In this document: positions 51,048 through 62,430 of the stretch, piece after piece
Layout of the letters: every line of letters starts with the position of its first letter
Numbering within the stretch: the first letter of the stretch is position 1
NCBI RefSeq assembly: GCF_018977255.1
Contig: NW_024704742.1
Coordinates: 56,484,001-56,548,000 of the forward strand
Source: Callorhinchus milii
Taxonomy: Eukaryota
Length of the DNA: 64,000 nucleotides
Direction of reading: 5' to 3'
Program-made: the position numbers and the translations under genes
The notes under the pieces: model-generated
Seen by the model: the letters and a program-made list of their open reading frames with translations, nothing else
What the model was told of the DNA's origin: nothing
Databases searched by the model: none

Positions 51048-52492
51048 ACAAGTGTAAAGTGGAAAGAATCTAATCAGGTGGTGTGGAGAGGAGAGTGTGT
51101 CCATTTGTCAATGAATGCTGTGGAGGGATTCTGTCCTTTATCCTGGTTTTCTTGGCTTAGTTGGGGATGGAGGTTCAGTTTTGAGGCTTTGTTATCAGAT
51201 CTTCAGGTTCAGAATAGCCAAAATGCAGGTGTTCCAAAGTCAAAGTACTAAGTGTGCATTGATCTCCCATCATTTGTATGATACCACATCTAACATGGAT
51301 TTATGAAGGATTTGGAAGCAGGAAGAGCTTGTGAAATTCTAGGTTTATACATGGAGGCAATGGAGGTAAAAACAAGGAGGCAATTTGAATTTTTACCAGG
51401 CATTGGTTATGCTGCAGTAGGATCACTGTGTCCAGTTTTCAACACAGAAAGTGTAGAAAGGAAGATACAATGGAAATTCGTTCAAATTGCATTAGGTATT
51501 AGAGACTTTAGTTATGTGGAGACCACTTGAAAAGGCTGGAACCATTTTCACCGAACAAAGATAAATGAAATCTGAGAAAGAAACAAACTGCTTTTGCATA
51601 ATGCCTTATGCTGTTGAAATGTCTCAAGATCTTTACAATACAAACTACCAATTGTTAATGACTAATTCTGATCGGAAGACAAACATGGCAGCCGTTTGGA
51701 CACATTTTATTGCAATATTAGTCATATCAGGCCAATGAAATGTTTCAGTATAAGAGATGGATTGCAGTAGAGATTAAACTCTAATCTATGAAATGTTGAT
51801 TCTTTCAAACACAGATTAGATAGTTTTCCCTTTAGGAAATAACATTATGGGATATAGTACATAGGTAGTTTGGGACATATGTGCATGCAACCGCCAGAAA
51901 GGTGGAAGGCGAACTAGATGGACTTAGGTCTTTTTTCGTCTAGCATTTATTATGTTCTTACGAAAACTGAGAATCTTCTTTCACTGTTTTCTGCTGCAAC
52001 ACAAAGGTACTAATTTGACTAACTTCATTAAACAGAGCTAACAATGTATCTCCATCAAGCTGACATAACATGATTCAGGTCATTAAATAACAGTTAGCTG
52101 GATACAAGGAATAATGTGTTCCGGCTCTCTGATTTAACATGAGCCAGGCAAATAAACAGCACTTTCACATTTTCTGAGAAACCAAGGTTTGTTTATTTAG
52201 CTTGTTTGCATTGATTAAAACGATAATGTACAGGGAAAACTTTGGGGGAGGTGGGACGTGTGGTCTAAATTGCAGAAGGATTGGAGAGTTGCAAATTATT
52301 CTGTTGTTTTATATACAGTAACACCTGATAACTTGTCACTCCAAGGGCAAAGTGCTCAACGACTAGTTATCCAGATTAACCACTTAGGCACTGGTCCTCG
52401 CAAGCCACAACAGGGTGCTGGTTGGGAGTTTTTGAGAAGTATTATGGGATCTTTAACATCCCCCTGTCCTGAGACTGGTGTGGGTTCTTGGC

Positions 52493-52815
52493 GGAGTCCT
52501 GTAGCTCAGTGGTTAGAGCAATCGCCTGGCAAGCGAGAGACCTGGGTTCAATTCACAGCAGGGCGAAACCTTGGGCAAGTTTCCTTACTCCGCACGCCCA
52601 ATAATAAACCCTAAAGAAAAAAAACCCAATAATAAATTGGTCACTTCAATCCACGACTGTTTGTGGGACATTGCTGTGTGCAATTGGCTGCTGCATTTCG
52701 CCCACAAAATATACAGTCGATTCACTTTACAGTCTATTCTGTCAAGCGCTTTGAGACATCTAGAAGACGTGAAAAGCGCTATATCAAATGCAAGGATTAT
52801 TATTATTATTATTAT
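52493..52815 (+). mobile_element. Full-length tRNA-derived SINE
   Basis: Same family as 28946-29258. Confidence 0.92.
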
Positions 52816-53279
52816 AGGTTGAGCACACATGCTCAGATGCATTGCAGAAGCTTCTGGTCTATTGGAAGGCTGTGTCACATCCTCCTGCCTTACTCTGTCA
52901 CAGGAGAGGGGGAGGTGGGGCGGGAAGCCATGGCTTGACTCTCCATTAGACCGAAAGCTTCTGTGATGCATCTGAGCAAGCGCTCACACCAGCCTCAGGA
53001 TAGGGCGGGAAGCCTCTGCGATGCAAGACGCCATTTTATAGGACTAGTTACCCAATTAAGTTTTATATTGTAAGTACTTGCATGCATTTCTAAAATGCGA
53101 CTAGTCATATATTAAATGCAGTGATAAGTAAATCGGAGTCCATTATTAACACTTTGCATGGGAAGCAGCCAATATATTGACAACATGGCTACTTAAGTGG
53201 TCATGACTAGTTAAGCCAATGTCTTATTATTAGAAGTTTACTGTAGATAAAGGGAAAAGTAATAATAATAATCATTGCA

Positions 53280-53414
53280 AAACGCAAAATACTGCAGAAG
53301 CTGGAAAACAGAAACAAAAACAGAAGTCGCTGGGAACACTCAGCAGGTCAGGCAGCATCTATGGAGAAAGGAAAGTGAGTCAACGTTTCGGGTCCACGAC
53401 CCTTCATCAGAACC
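53280..53414 (-). mobile_element. Solo 135-nt Penelope terminal-repeat unit inserted in a SINE tail
   Basis: Homologous to 10226-10325; flanked by ATAATAATC(A/T)TTGCA duplication at 53265-53279 and 53415-53429. Confidence 0.85.
53378..53414 (-). ncRNA. Minimal type I hammerhead ribozyme (PLE-associated)
   Basis: GGUU-CUGAUGA-A-GGGUC(GUG)GACCC-GAAA-CGUU-GACU: intact catalytic core, perfect 5-bp stem II, palindromic AACGUU stem III, short stem I. Confidence 0.75.
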
Positions 53415-54730
53415 ATAATAATCTTTGCATTTGATATAGTGCTTTTCACGTCTTCTAGACACCTCAAAGCGCTTTAGAGAATATACTGTAATGTGAATTG
53501 ACTGTATATTTGTGGGCAAAACCAGGCAGCCAGTTGCGCACAGCAGTGTCCCACAAACAGTTGTGGATTGAATGAACAAATTATTATTTTTTTTCTTGAG
53601 GGATTATTATCAGGAGTGTGGAGTCAGGAAATTTGCCCTGGGAATCGAACCCAGCAGGGCACAAGTGAACCTCTGTCTCTTGCTTGCAAGGCAAGTGCTC
53701 TAAATACTGAGCTACAGGAATCCATCTCAAAACGCTTCACAGGATTTACTGCTAAGTGCAATGACCGTGCACCCTGTAGTTGAACATGGTAGTTAATTTG
53801 TGCACAACAATATCCTCTAAACACCCATGAAATGAATGGCTAATTTTATCTACAGGATTGTTGGCTAGAACACCGGGAGAAACTCCTCTCTGCTTTTGAA
53901 TGATACCATCTAAACAAGTAGATGACATCTTGGATCACACCTCATGTGAAAGAAGATGCCTACGAAAATGTGGCATACCCACAGCAGTGCATTCTGGACT
54001 GCAGTGAGTGTGTCAGTTGACTTACAGGTGATAGCACTACCATCTGAGCCAGGCTGACACCTTTAAGAATCAACATAAAGAAACTGATTTACTTACTAAT
54101 AGAAGTAAAAAGACACAAACAAATTTACGGCTTTTTATTTATATTAGAAATGCATTTTATGCTACGTCATCCTCCATTCACCACATTTTTAATAAAATAA
54201 TAATTCTTGCATTTGATATAGCACCTTTCATGTTAGGAAGGCATCTCAAAGCACTCCACAGGATTCACTATAAAGTGTAGTAATTGTATTTTGTAAGCTA
54301 ATTCAGATGTAATTTGTGCACAGCAATATCCATCCAAAACTTGAAGTGAATGACCAATTTTAATAGGGAAATTGGTGACCAGGACACTGGGAGGAAACCC
54401 CTTCTGCTTTTGAGTAGTATCATGGGAACTTTAACATCCTCCTGAACTGGCAGGCATTGCCTCAATTTTAATATCTCAAACGAAGGATGTCACTTCTAGC
54501 AATCGCGTGCACCCCCAGATGTAGGGCTTGAATCAAAATCCTTCTGACTCAGAGGTGAGAGTGCTACCAACTAAGCCAGGCTGATACCTACAGTTAGCGG
54601 TTTAAGCTCTATAAGCAGTCAGTAGTTCAAACTTACCATACTATTCGGTTTTCCCAATCCTTTTGTTTCTCTGATTTGTCCTACTTGCCCTCCTCTATCC
54701 TATGAAGTGGCTTCTTGAACCCACTGGTTA

Positions 54731-54835
54731 AGTTCTGATGAAGGGTCACATCATTGAGAACCAGTGCTGTCACCTCAGTCAGGTGTTGAGTGACTTGCGG
54801 TGCATTTCCAGTAGTTTCTATTGCTATTTTATTTC
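54731..54835 (+). mobile_element. Highly degenerate Penelope terminal repeat / hammerhead remnant
   Basis: AGTTCTGATGAAGGGTC followed by weak similarity to the other copies; GAAA core lost. Confidence 0.45.
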
Positions 54836-55214
54836 CTCTCTGGTTCACTGAATCAATCAAGAGTCATGTATGACCGATTAACAGTCACCTCTGGTACTAA
54901 ATAAATCATGTCTCAGGAATCGAGGCCAAGTGGAACCTTTCCAGAGATGTCAATAAATGGGAGCCCCCACTGCTATACTAGTGTGACTTGCCCATTTCAC
55001 AAACCAGTTACAATGATGGCCTCACTGAGTCAGGCTCATACAGTAGTTAGCAACAAATTCTGCTGAATTGGAGGAACGTTGTATACTCAACCCCACAAGG
55101 AACCCAGATGAGACTTTCCAATCTCATTTAATACAGCATCCTTAGTTGCGTAGAACAATTTCAGGCAGGAGCAGACTAGACTGTCTACAGGAACAGAATC
55201 CATAGACAGGCCGG

Positions 55215-55440
55215 TGCAAGACAGCTCAATACTCGTGCCTCCACAAGTGGAGCAATAGAAAAACAGGTACATGACTGCTCAATACTGGTGCCTGGACTAG
55301 TATCAAAGGAAATAGACAGATGAGTAAAAAATTACACAATACTGGTGCCTCCACCAGTGACAAAGGCAATAATTTTTTTTCACAAGACTACACAATATTG
55401 GTACCTCAATTGGGGACAGAGGCAATAGATAGACAGATAT
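55215..55440. repeat. Degenerate tandem repeat, four units of about 55 nt
   Basis: Core CAATACTGGTGCCT (with variants) at 55227, 55280, 55337, 55393. Confidence 0.8.
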
Positions 55441-56190
55441 AAAACAGACAGATATATATAAAAAAAACTATTATCGTCTAGGTTCATACTCAAATACAGT
55501 GCTTTGGGTGTGCTGCATCGCTATTTGTGCAACATTGCTACGAGCAACTTGGCTGCCACATATGCGTACAAATTACACAAGTCACTACACTTCACAGAAT
55601 AAATCATGTGAAACTGGGGGACAATGCCACGCTGAATGTTCCAAATTGAGACCAATGCTTTAAATAAAGCAATAACTAAATGCAAAAACAAGCAGCAGTG
55701 TTTCTTCCTGAAATAGACACCACAAGTCTTTCCCTCATCCAGGTTACGTTGAGAAAAAAGAGAAGCAATTAAGAAGTCTGAGTGGCTCAAAGGTCTGTTG
55801 GGAGTCTGAGCTGAAAACACAACAAACAAGGAAGTCAACCAAAGCCTAGGATTAAAGCCGTGTGGGACCTATAGTTTCAGACATCACAATACTATTCCGT
55901 ACAATGGTTTGTCCTTACCTTCTTCTCCCTTACATATTGTGTAACACTAAAGATTAAAGTACAAATAGACTGGATAGCTTACGCCTGTTTTCACTAGAGA
56001 GGAAACGTTTAAACGAAGACCTAATAGAGGTGTTCAAAATCATAAAAGGGTTCAATAAGGCTGTTCCCACTTGTTGGGTAGTCTTTGGGCAAAAGGTATA
56101 AAGTGACAAGGGAAACTAAAAGAATTTTTGTGGAACTACTTTACTCAAAGAGTGATGAGAATGTGGAATTTGCTGCCTGAAGCGATGGTT

Positions 56191-57130
56191 GACAACAATA
56201 ACAAAATTGCCTTTATATAGATCCTTTCATGTCAGAAGGAAGTCCCAAGGCACTGGACAGTTAAAGGTTTGCACCTGATCTGGGGGTTGGAATCAAGAGG
56301 GGTGGAGAGTAGGGGGATGGGTGGTTGCCCAGTGGCACAGTCAAAGAGGAAGGTCTTGAGATGGGCTGTGGAGGAGGCAAGGAAGAGGGAGAGGTGGATG
56401 GCTTCCAGGATGGAGTTCCAGAGGGTGGAAGCAGAAAAGTCAAAGGCCCGAATGGTTGGGCGAGCAGGGCAGGGGACATGGAGAAGGTGATTGCCTGCCA
56501 AACGGAGAGAGCGACCAGGTTTATATGCTGATAATAGGTTGCAGAGGTAGGGAGGAGCACGAGTGTGGAGGGCTTTATAAGTGAGGACGAGGAATCTAAA
56601 CCCGATCCTCTGAGGGATGGGGTGCCAGTGGAGCTGGGCGAGGATGAGGGTGACTGGTTTACGGAACTGGTCCAGGAGAGAAAACAAGCTGCAGAGTTCT
56701 GAATAATCTGCAACTTGTGGAGGAAAGAGTTGGAGTTCTAGGAGCTGTGGGGGAGGCAACTGGGCAGATGTTAAACAAAAACAGAAGCCACTGGGAACAC
56801 TCAGCAGGTCAGGCAGCATCTATGGAGAAAGGAAAGTGAATCAACATTTTGGGTCCATGACCCTTCGTCAGAACATTCTGACGAACGATTGTGGACCCAA
56901 AACATTGACTCACTTTCCTTTCTCCAGATGCTGCCTAACCTGCTGAGTGTTCCCAATGACTTCTGTTTTTGTTTCAGATTTCCAGCATCTGCAGTATTTT
57001 GCGTTTAGACAGATGTTACTATCTTTGAGACAAAGAAGTCCAGGACCTCTTCACACTTGGCATTGGATGTAAGGATCGAGGATGCTTGAGAGAACGGGTG
57101 GACTGGGTGACGAGTGGTGAAGAAAAGTAC
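56191..57130 (-). mobile_element. Internally deleted L2, interrupted by the Penelope inverted repeat
   Basis: QIIQNSAA...LHWHPIPQRIGF at 56200-56715; 57010-57075 matches the L2 EN-RT linker at 48390-48455. Confidence 0.75.
56773..57006. mobile_element. Inverted pair of Penelope terminal repeats with decayed hammerhead cores
   Basis: Arms of about 100 nt inverted around CA at 56874-56875; CTGACGA cores on both strands; flanked by CAGATGTTA at 56765-56773 and 57010-57018. Confidence 0.85.
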
Positions 57131-59921
57131 TTTGGGTTATTTTTGGCCTCTAGAATAGCCTAGGAATAGCAGGGAAGCCAATTGTTAGATTTTACTATCA
57201 CAGTGTAATAATGAACAACATATCTTAAGATAAATAGTTAAAGGTCAGATTCCTTCTCGTCTTACATGGCTGTGCCATTGTACAACAACTGTTTGATAGT
57301 CACAAACAACCTGGCAAGACTCCACTTTATCAAAAAAACACTAAAATAAAGTTTAATCAGTTATATATGCTGCTAGCAAAATCAACGTAACTTTTGTTTG
57401 TTTGAGATTATTAATAATGTTTATTAAATTGTATAAAATAATTTAAAGTTTCATACTTCATTAACTTTAAATCTCATAATCTTCTCCAATTATGCACATT
57501 TGAATTTAAACATAAAAGTTAATTTAATTCTATTTTAATCAATTTTTATATTAGTGAATCAAGTGAGAGTGAATCATTTACTGTGGTATGAGCTGAAATT
57601 ATGCCATTAGTGAGATAAAAATTTAATTGAATCACAGATCCAATACCATGGACCCCGGAACAAACAAAAATCTAGTTCACATTCATTAACTCAATGCTAA
57701 ACAGATACCAAGTGAATTCTTTGCAGTGAAATTTCAGGTGTTAGAAAAACATCCAGCAGAACCTAAGATTAATTGCTGGTCAATTGTCCAATTGAAGTAC
57801 TGTACAAATAAGAAGGAGTCAAACAAATTGATATTTTCACTTCACTTTCACCACCATGGTGTGGTTCAAAAGGCATTGAGAGCCCAAATATACCTCACTC
57901 ACATTGCTCTCCCTCAAGGTTTAAATTCCAGTCATCATTCCCTACAACATTTTTGGTAATGTTGATTGCTAATAGGAGTTATAATCATACATTGGACAAA
58001 AATACCATAGGTAATACTGAAACGGAATTTCAGCCCGAAATTCATCCTTTATCATCGACCAATTTTAAATTGTGCAATTTTTACCAGTTTAGTGCTGAAT
58101 ATTTTGCACAAGTAGCTTGCGATATTTGCTTCAATACTTCACACATCTAAATCCTCCTGACATAAAAAGTAGTTCTAAATTGTCATGCCAATACACAATT
58201 TGGTTGATATTTCAGTGTGTGATTTCCACAAAAAGAGAAGATGTATTATTCTACAGGACAAGACTAATACCAGATCTGTTCGAAGATACCTCACTCAAAC
58301 TGCTCCTCTATGCTCCTCTCCTATACCCAGGGACTACATAACATTGCTAATGTTAAATAAGATGTGTGGCGCAATTTGGGAGGACGGTAAGGAAATCTGA
58401 ACAAAAGGAATCCCACTAAGCTTTACACTGAGATGAGGATAAGCAAAAAAACTTTTTCACCATTTACAAACATTTATATATTTAATTCATTGCTTCACTC
58501 TGACCTAAGTGCTCTGGGCCACTACCCTGCTTGAGGGGTGCTATATAAATGCAAGTTGTTGTTTTAATCTCTCCTAGTTATGCACTTGAAGTGGCTGCTA
58601 GACTTTACAATAATAATCCTTGCATTTGATATAGCCCCTTATCACGCCTTTGAGATGTCTCAAAGTGCTTCACAGAATATACTGTAAAGTGAATTGACTG
58701 TATATATTATGACAGCTTACTACCTACTAATCAGTTTGTCCTTCTCTCTTTCTCTGAGATGTACCAGGTGTGGGTCACTGAGGGTGAAACTGAAAAGTCA
58801 CTTCACAATACACAGTCAATTCACTTTGCAGTATATACTGCGTGGGTTGAGTTAGAAGTTATCAGAACAAAGCTACCTGCCTCCTCCTCTCAATGGCCTG
58901 TACTCTAGTGCTTTCTTGTACTGATTATATTATTTCTATAGGGTTTTATTTTACAGTTTAGTTACTGAAAGACTCTGAGCTTTACGAATCAACGGCACTC
59001 TTAAAAATTTGGATATCAACCTTAAGTCCTGAGCTCTGCAGTTTGGTCTGAAATGCAAACATTTTAAATGCCATGACTGACGTATTGCATTGTTAAACAC
59101 AGCCACCATAAATAGCAGCATTGATTTCAAAGGCTATGACTCACAGGATAAAATTGGTCTCCCAGTTACCGGTTGTGTATCCTCTGTCCCTACCAGCTGA
59201 TGAATATTTACAAATAAACTGAGGTGCCCTTTCTCTTTTGCAATCACTGAGAGTGTCGTATTTAATTTTATGTCTGGCTGACTCTCATCACAAACAAATT
59301 AAACATGTTAACAGTGCAGGCTAGGGAGAAACAATAAGATCGAAACGGTGAATAGAATGAAAAGAAAATGCAAATATTAAAGCCAAAGAGAAGGAATCAG
59401 ATCCTGGAGATAGGTATTGAAAACCTACACCTTGCTGTTCTTGCATTAACATATTTTTTAATTAGTTACTTGAACTATGGCCTTAACTTGGAGTGAAACA
59501 ATTAAATATTGAAAACTTTAGTCTTAATTCCGAGCTCAAGTTTTAGCGTCTTTGAATAGCAGGGTATTATATATTTCATTTCAGAGGAGGAATTTTATTA
59601 CTGCAGGAAGACTGGCATGGGTTACCTTTATAATTAATATCTCTCTAAAAAATGGCTGACCTTTCTGCTTGTTCAGGACTAAACACAATTTATTGGTGAA
59701 GCAGTTTGCCCATTGCATTACTTTCCCTGAATTATACTGTATTATATAACCTTTTTCTAAAAATATCAGTACATTAGAGACTATAAACCGAAGATTTCTG
59801 CTGCTTTCCAATCTTAGGAAGTTTAACAAGCTGAATGAATTTTGTATCTTATAAGCGATTATATATAAATAGGACAACCAATTGTTAAGAATCTCATTAG
59901 AATACAGATCCTGTACTTTTT

Positions 59922-60332
59922 GTGTCAGTCTGGCGCACTCGCGCTTCTGAGTCAGAAGGTTCTGGATTCAAGCCCCATGTTCGAACTTGGAACCACATAG
60001 TCTAAGTTGACACGCCAATGCAGTGCTGGGGGGTGTTGCATTGTTGGAGATGCCACCCATCTGATGAGACATCAAACTGAGGTCCCGTCTGCCTGTTCAG
60101 GTGGACATCAAAGATCCTATGGCACTATTTGAAAAGAGAAGGTAGTTTCTCTCAGTGTCATAGCTATCAAATCCCCCAAATAAAAATTGTTCGTTCACTC
60201 CATGGCTTTTTGTGGAAACTTGCTGTGTGCAAATTGGCTGCCATGTTTGCCCATAAAAATCACAATCAATCTACTTTACCGTATATCCTGTGAAGCGCTT
60301 TGAAAAATCTGGAAGACGTGATAAGGCACTAT
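59922..60332 (+). mobile_element. Deu-domain SINE (SacSINE1-like), near full length
   Basis: tRNA-like head, central GATGAGAC...GAGGTCCCGTCTGCCTGTTCAGGTGGAC..AAAGATCC.ATGGCACTATTTGAA resembling the Deu domain (recalled), shared SINE 3' body. Confidence 0.78.
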
Positions 60333-61737
60333 CCTGTTGATTCGAGGTTATTGGTGATGTTCCAACTTCAGGCACTGACCAGCCAGCTACCTGCACTAAA
60401 CGTTGGCCAGCTTCTGGGTCAAGTCTCCACTATTTCGCCCACAAAATATACAGTCAATTTACTTTACAGTATATACTATGAAGCCCTTTGAGACATCTCA
60501 ACTACATGATAAGGCTCTATGTCAAATGCAAGAATTATTATTGTGTTATATACTGAATGTGCCACTTCATGAAGGAAGTGATGTCAGTGGCACTTCTTAC
60601 ACACCATGTGCATGCACACAAGATGCAGGAAATGATAATGGCGTGAAGATTTTGTAGTCAGAGATTTTCTCATGCTTCCTTTTAATGAGTCATCTGAGGT
60701 ACTAGGGTCTGCTTGTGCCATTTCCCATGTAAAACCAAATGTTATTGAGCAGGTGCGGATCCAGGAGGTTGCCGAAAGAGGCCTGAGGCACACACACACA
60801 CACACCCCCAAGACCAAAGTATTTATTTTAATTTTAAGCCGTTTTACTCGGGCATAAAACATTTGTGGGTTTAGGGATCTTCAATCATGTTTAAAGATCA
60901 ATGGAAGTGCAGAAATTAAGTCCTAAACCTACCTTCAGCGTATCTTCAGTTATATTTCAACCACCAACTTTCTCGCTTCTGCAATGACACTGATATCCCT
61001 GAGGCCAGTATCATTACAGACAGCTGCAAATTCAAAAAATGTATATTTTTAAAATTGCCTCTCTTTTTTCATCGGTGCCTTTTTCTGACCCTGTAAGTCA
61101 GTGACAGGGACAGACAAATATTCTGATGGATACAGAGAGACACAGAGGTTTTTTGGTGGTTTATGTTTTTGAATTTCTCACTATCTGCAATAACTGTCTG
61201 TCAGTGTCAGTCATGTAATGTTTGTTTCATTTAGTGGATCACTATTTCTCCCTGAATAGTGTCTAAGTCACTGAAGTCACAACTACTTTATTATCTGAAT
61301 CGTGTCTAAGACAAGCAAGAACCTGACCTATGTGGGACACTGAGTCAGACAGCAGTAAACCCTGCATCAAAAAGTTCAGAGTCCTTCCTATTTCAGCATT
61401 CCCAGTTTATTCTGGCAAGCTGAAATCCTCCATCATTACCCCTGTTTTTTTTCCTCACACATACCCACATTATTATTATAACTTTGAAGTGGAATGACTT
61501 TTGCTAAGTAAACACATGTGAGCAACATTGATTTTAAAAGCCTCATTGGAACATAGATTCACTTTTCACACAAGTGCCTTGTTGATCCAAGATTACAGGA
61601 GGTGTTTAATGGCAACAGTATGTTACAGACTGCAATGAAATGAAAATGTAATGAACCAATTCATCTTTTGATCAGCTGAATTTAGTTGAGGGAGTAAAGG
61701 ACAAATGAAGAGGTATGATTATTAGCAAGGACATTGA

Positions 61738-62430
61738 GAGACCATTCTGCAGACATGGGATCAACTTCCACTTGTATGCAGATGACATCCAACTCTACCT
61801 CTCTGCCTCCACACTTGACTCCAGGACCACTGTTGTCCTGACAGAATGTCTGTCAGACATCAAGTCCTGGATGAGAGCTAACCTTCTACAGTTGAATGTC
61901 AGCAAGATCGAGGCTCTCCTGATTGGCTCCTATCAGCGCCTCTACCTCAGGCCCTGACAGCATCACCATCCATGGTTGCACACTCCACCTCACTGAGCCA
62001 GTCCAGAACCTTGGCGTTTGTTTGACCTTCAACTATCCCTTCTACCCCACATCCATGCCATGAGCCGCTCTGCCTTCCCTCACCTCCGAAACATCACCCA
62101 CATCCGCCGCTGTCTCGCACCACAGGCCACTGAAACCCTCATACACACTTTCATTACATTGATGCTTGACTATGTAAACTCGTTGCTTGTCGGCCTCCCC
62201 AACGCCTCCCTCCGTAGGCTTCAGATCATCTAGAACTCTGAAGCCCGTGTCCTCTCCCGCACCAGGCTCCGCGACCCTATCACCCCCATCCTCGCCCGAC
62301 TCCACTGGCTTCCCATCACACAGTTCAAGATCCTGGTCGTCATCTTCAAAGCCCTCCATGGTCTTGCTCCCTCCCACCTCTACTATCCTGCCTGCTCTCT
62401 CTGCTCAGTAGGCTCCAGCCTGCTTAACGT
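61738..62430 (+). mobile_element. L2 RT/C-terminal fragment
   Basis: HGINFHLYADDIQLYLS...WMRANLLQLNVSKIE; ATETLIHTFITLMLDY. Confidence 0.9.

Larger units (their letters stand above)
53261..53723 (-). mobile_element. tRNA-derived SINE carrying the Penelope/hammerhead insertion in its tail
   Basis: Head at 53723-53630, body to 53415, residual (TTA)n tail at 53279-53261. Confidence 0.88.

Noticed and set aside
54637..54730. Strong minus-strand donor ATG|gtaagt as a FAM149A upstream coding exon
   Set aside because: The phase-2 frame has an upstream stop, and splicing to 39114 would create TGA; a non-coding exon is not excluded
55215..55440. CRISPR-like array
   Set aside because: Vertebrate intron context, degenerate repeats, mutually similar spacers and no cas genes
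60601..60782. Exon-like segment (cag|...|gtaaga) within ORF 60584..60862
   Set aside because: The open frame ends in phase 1, incompatible with the exon at 39114, and there is no recognisable homology
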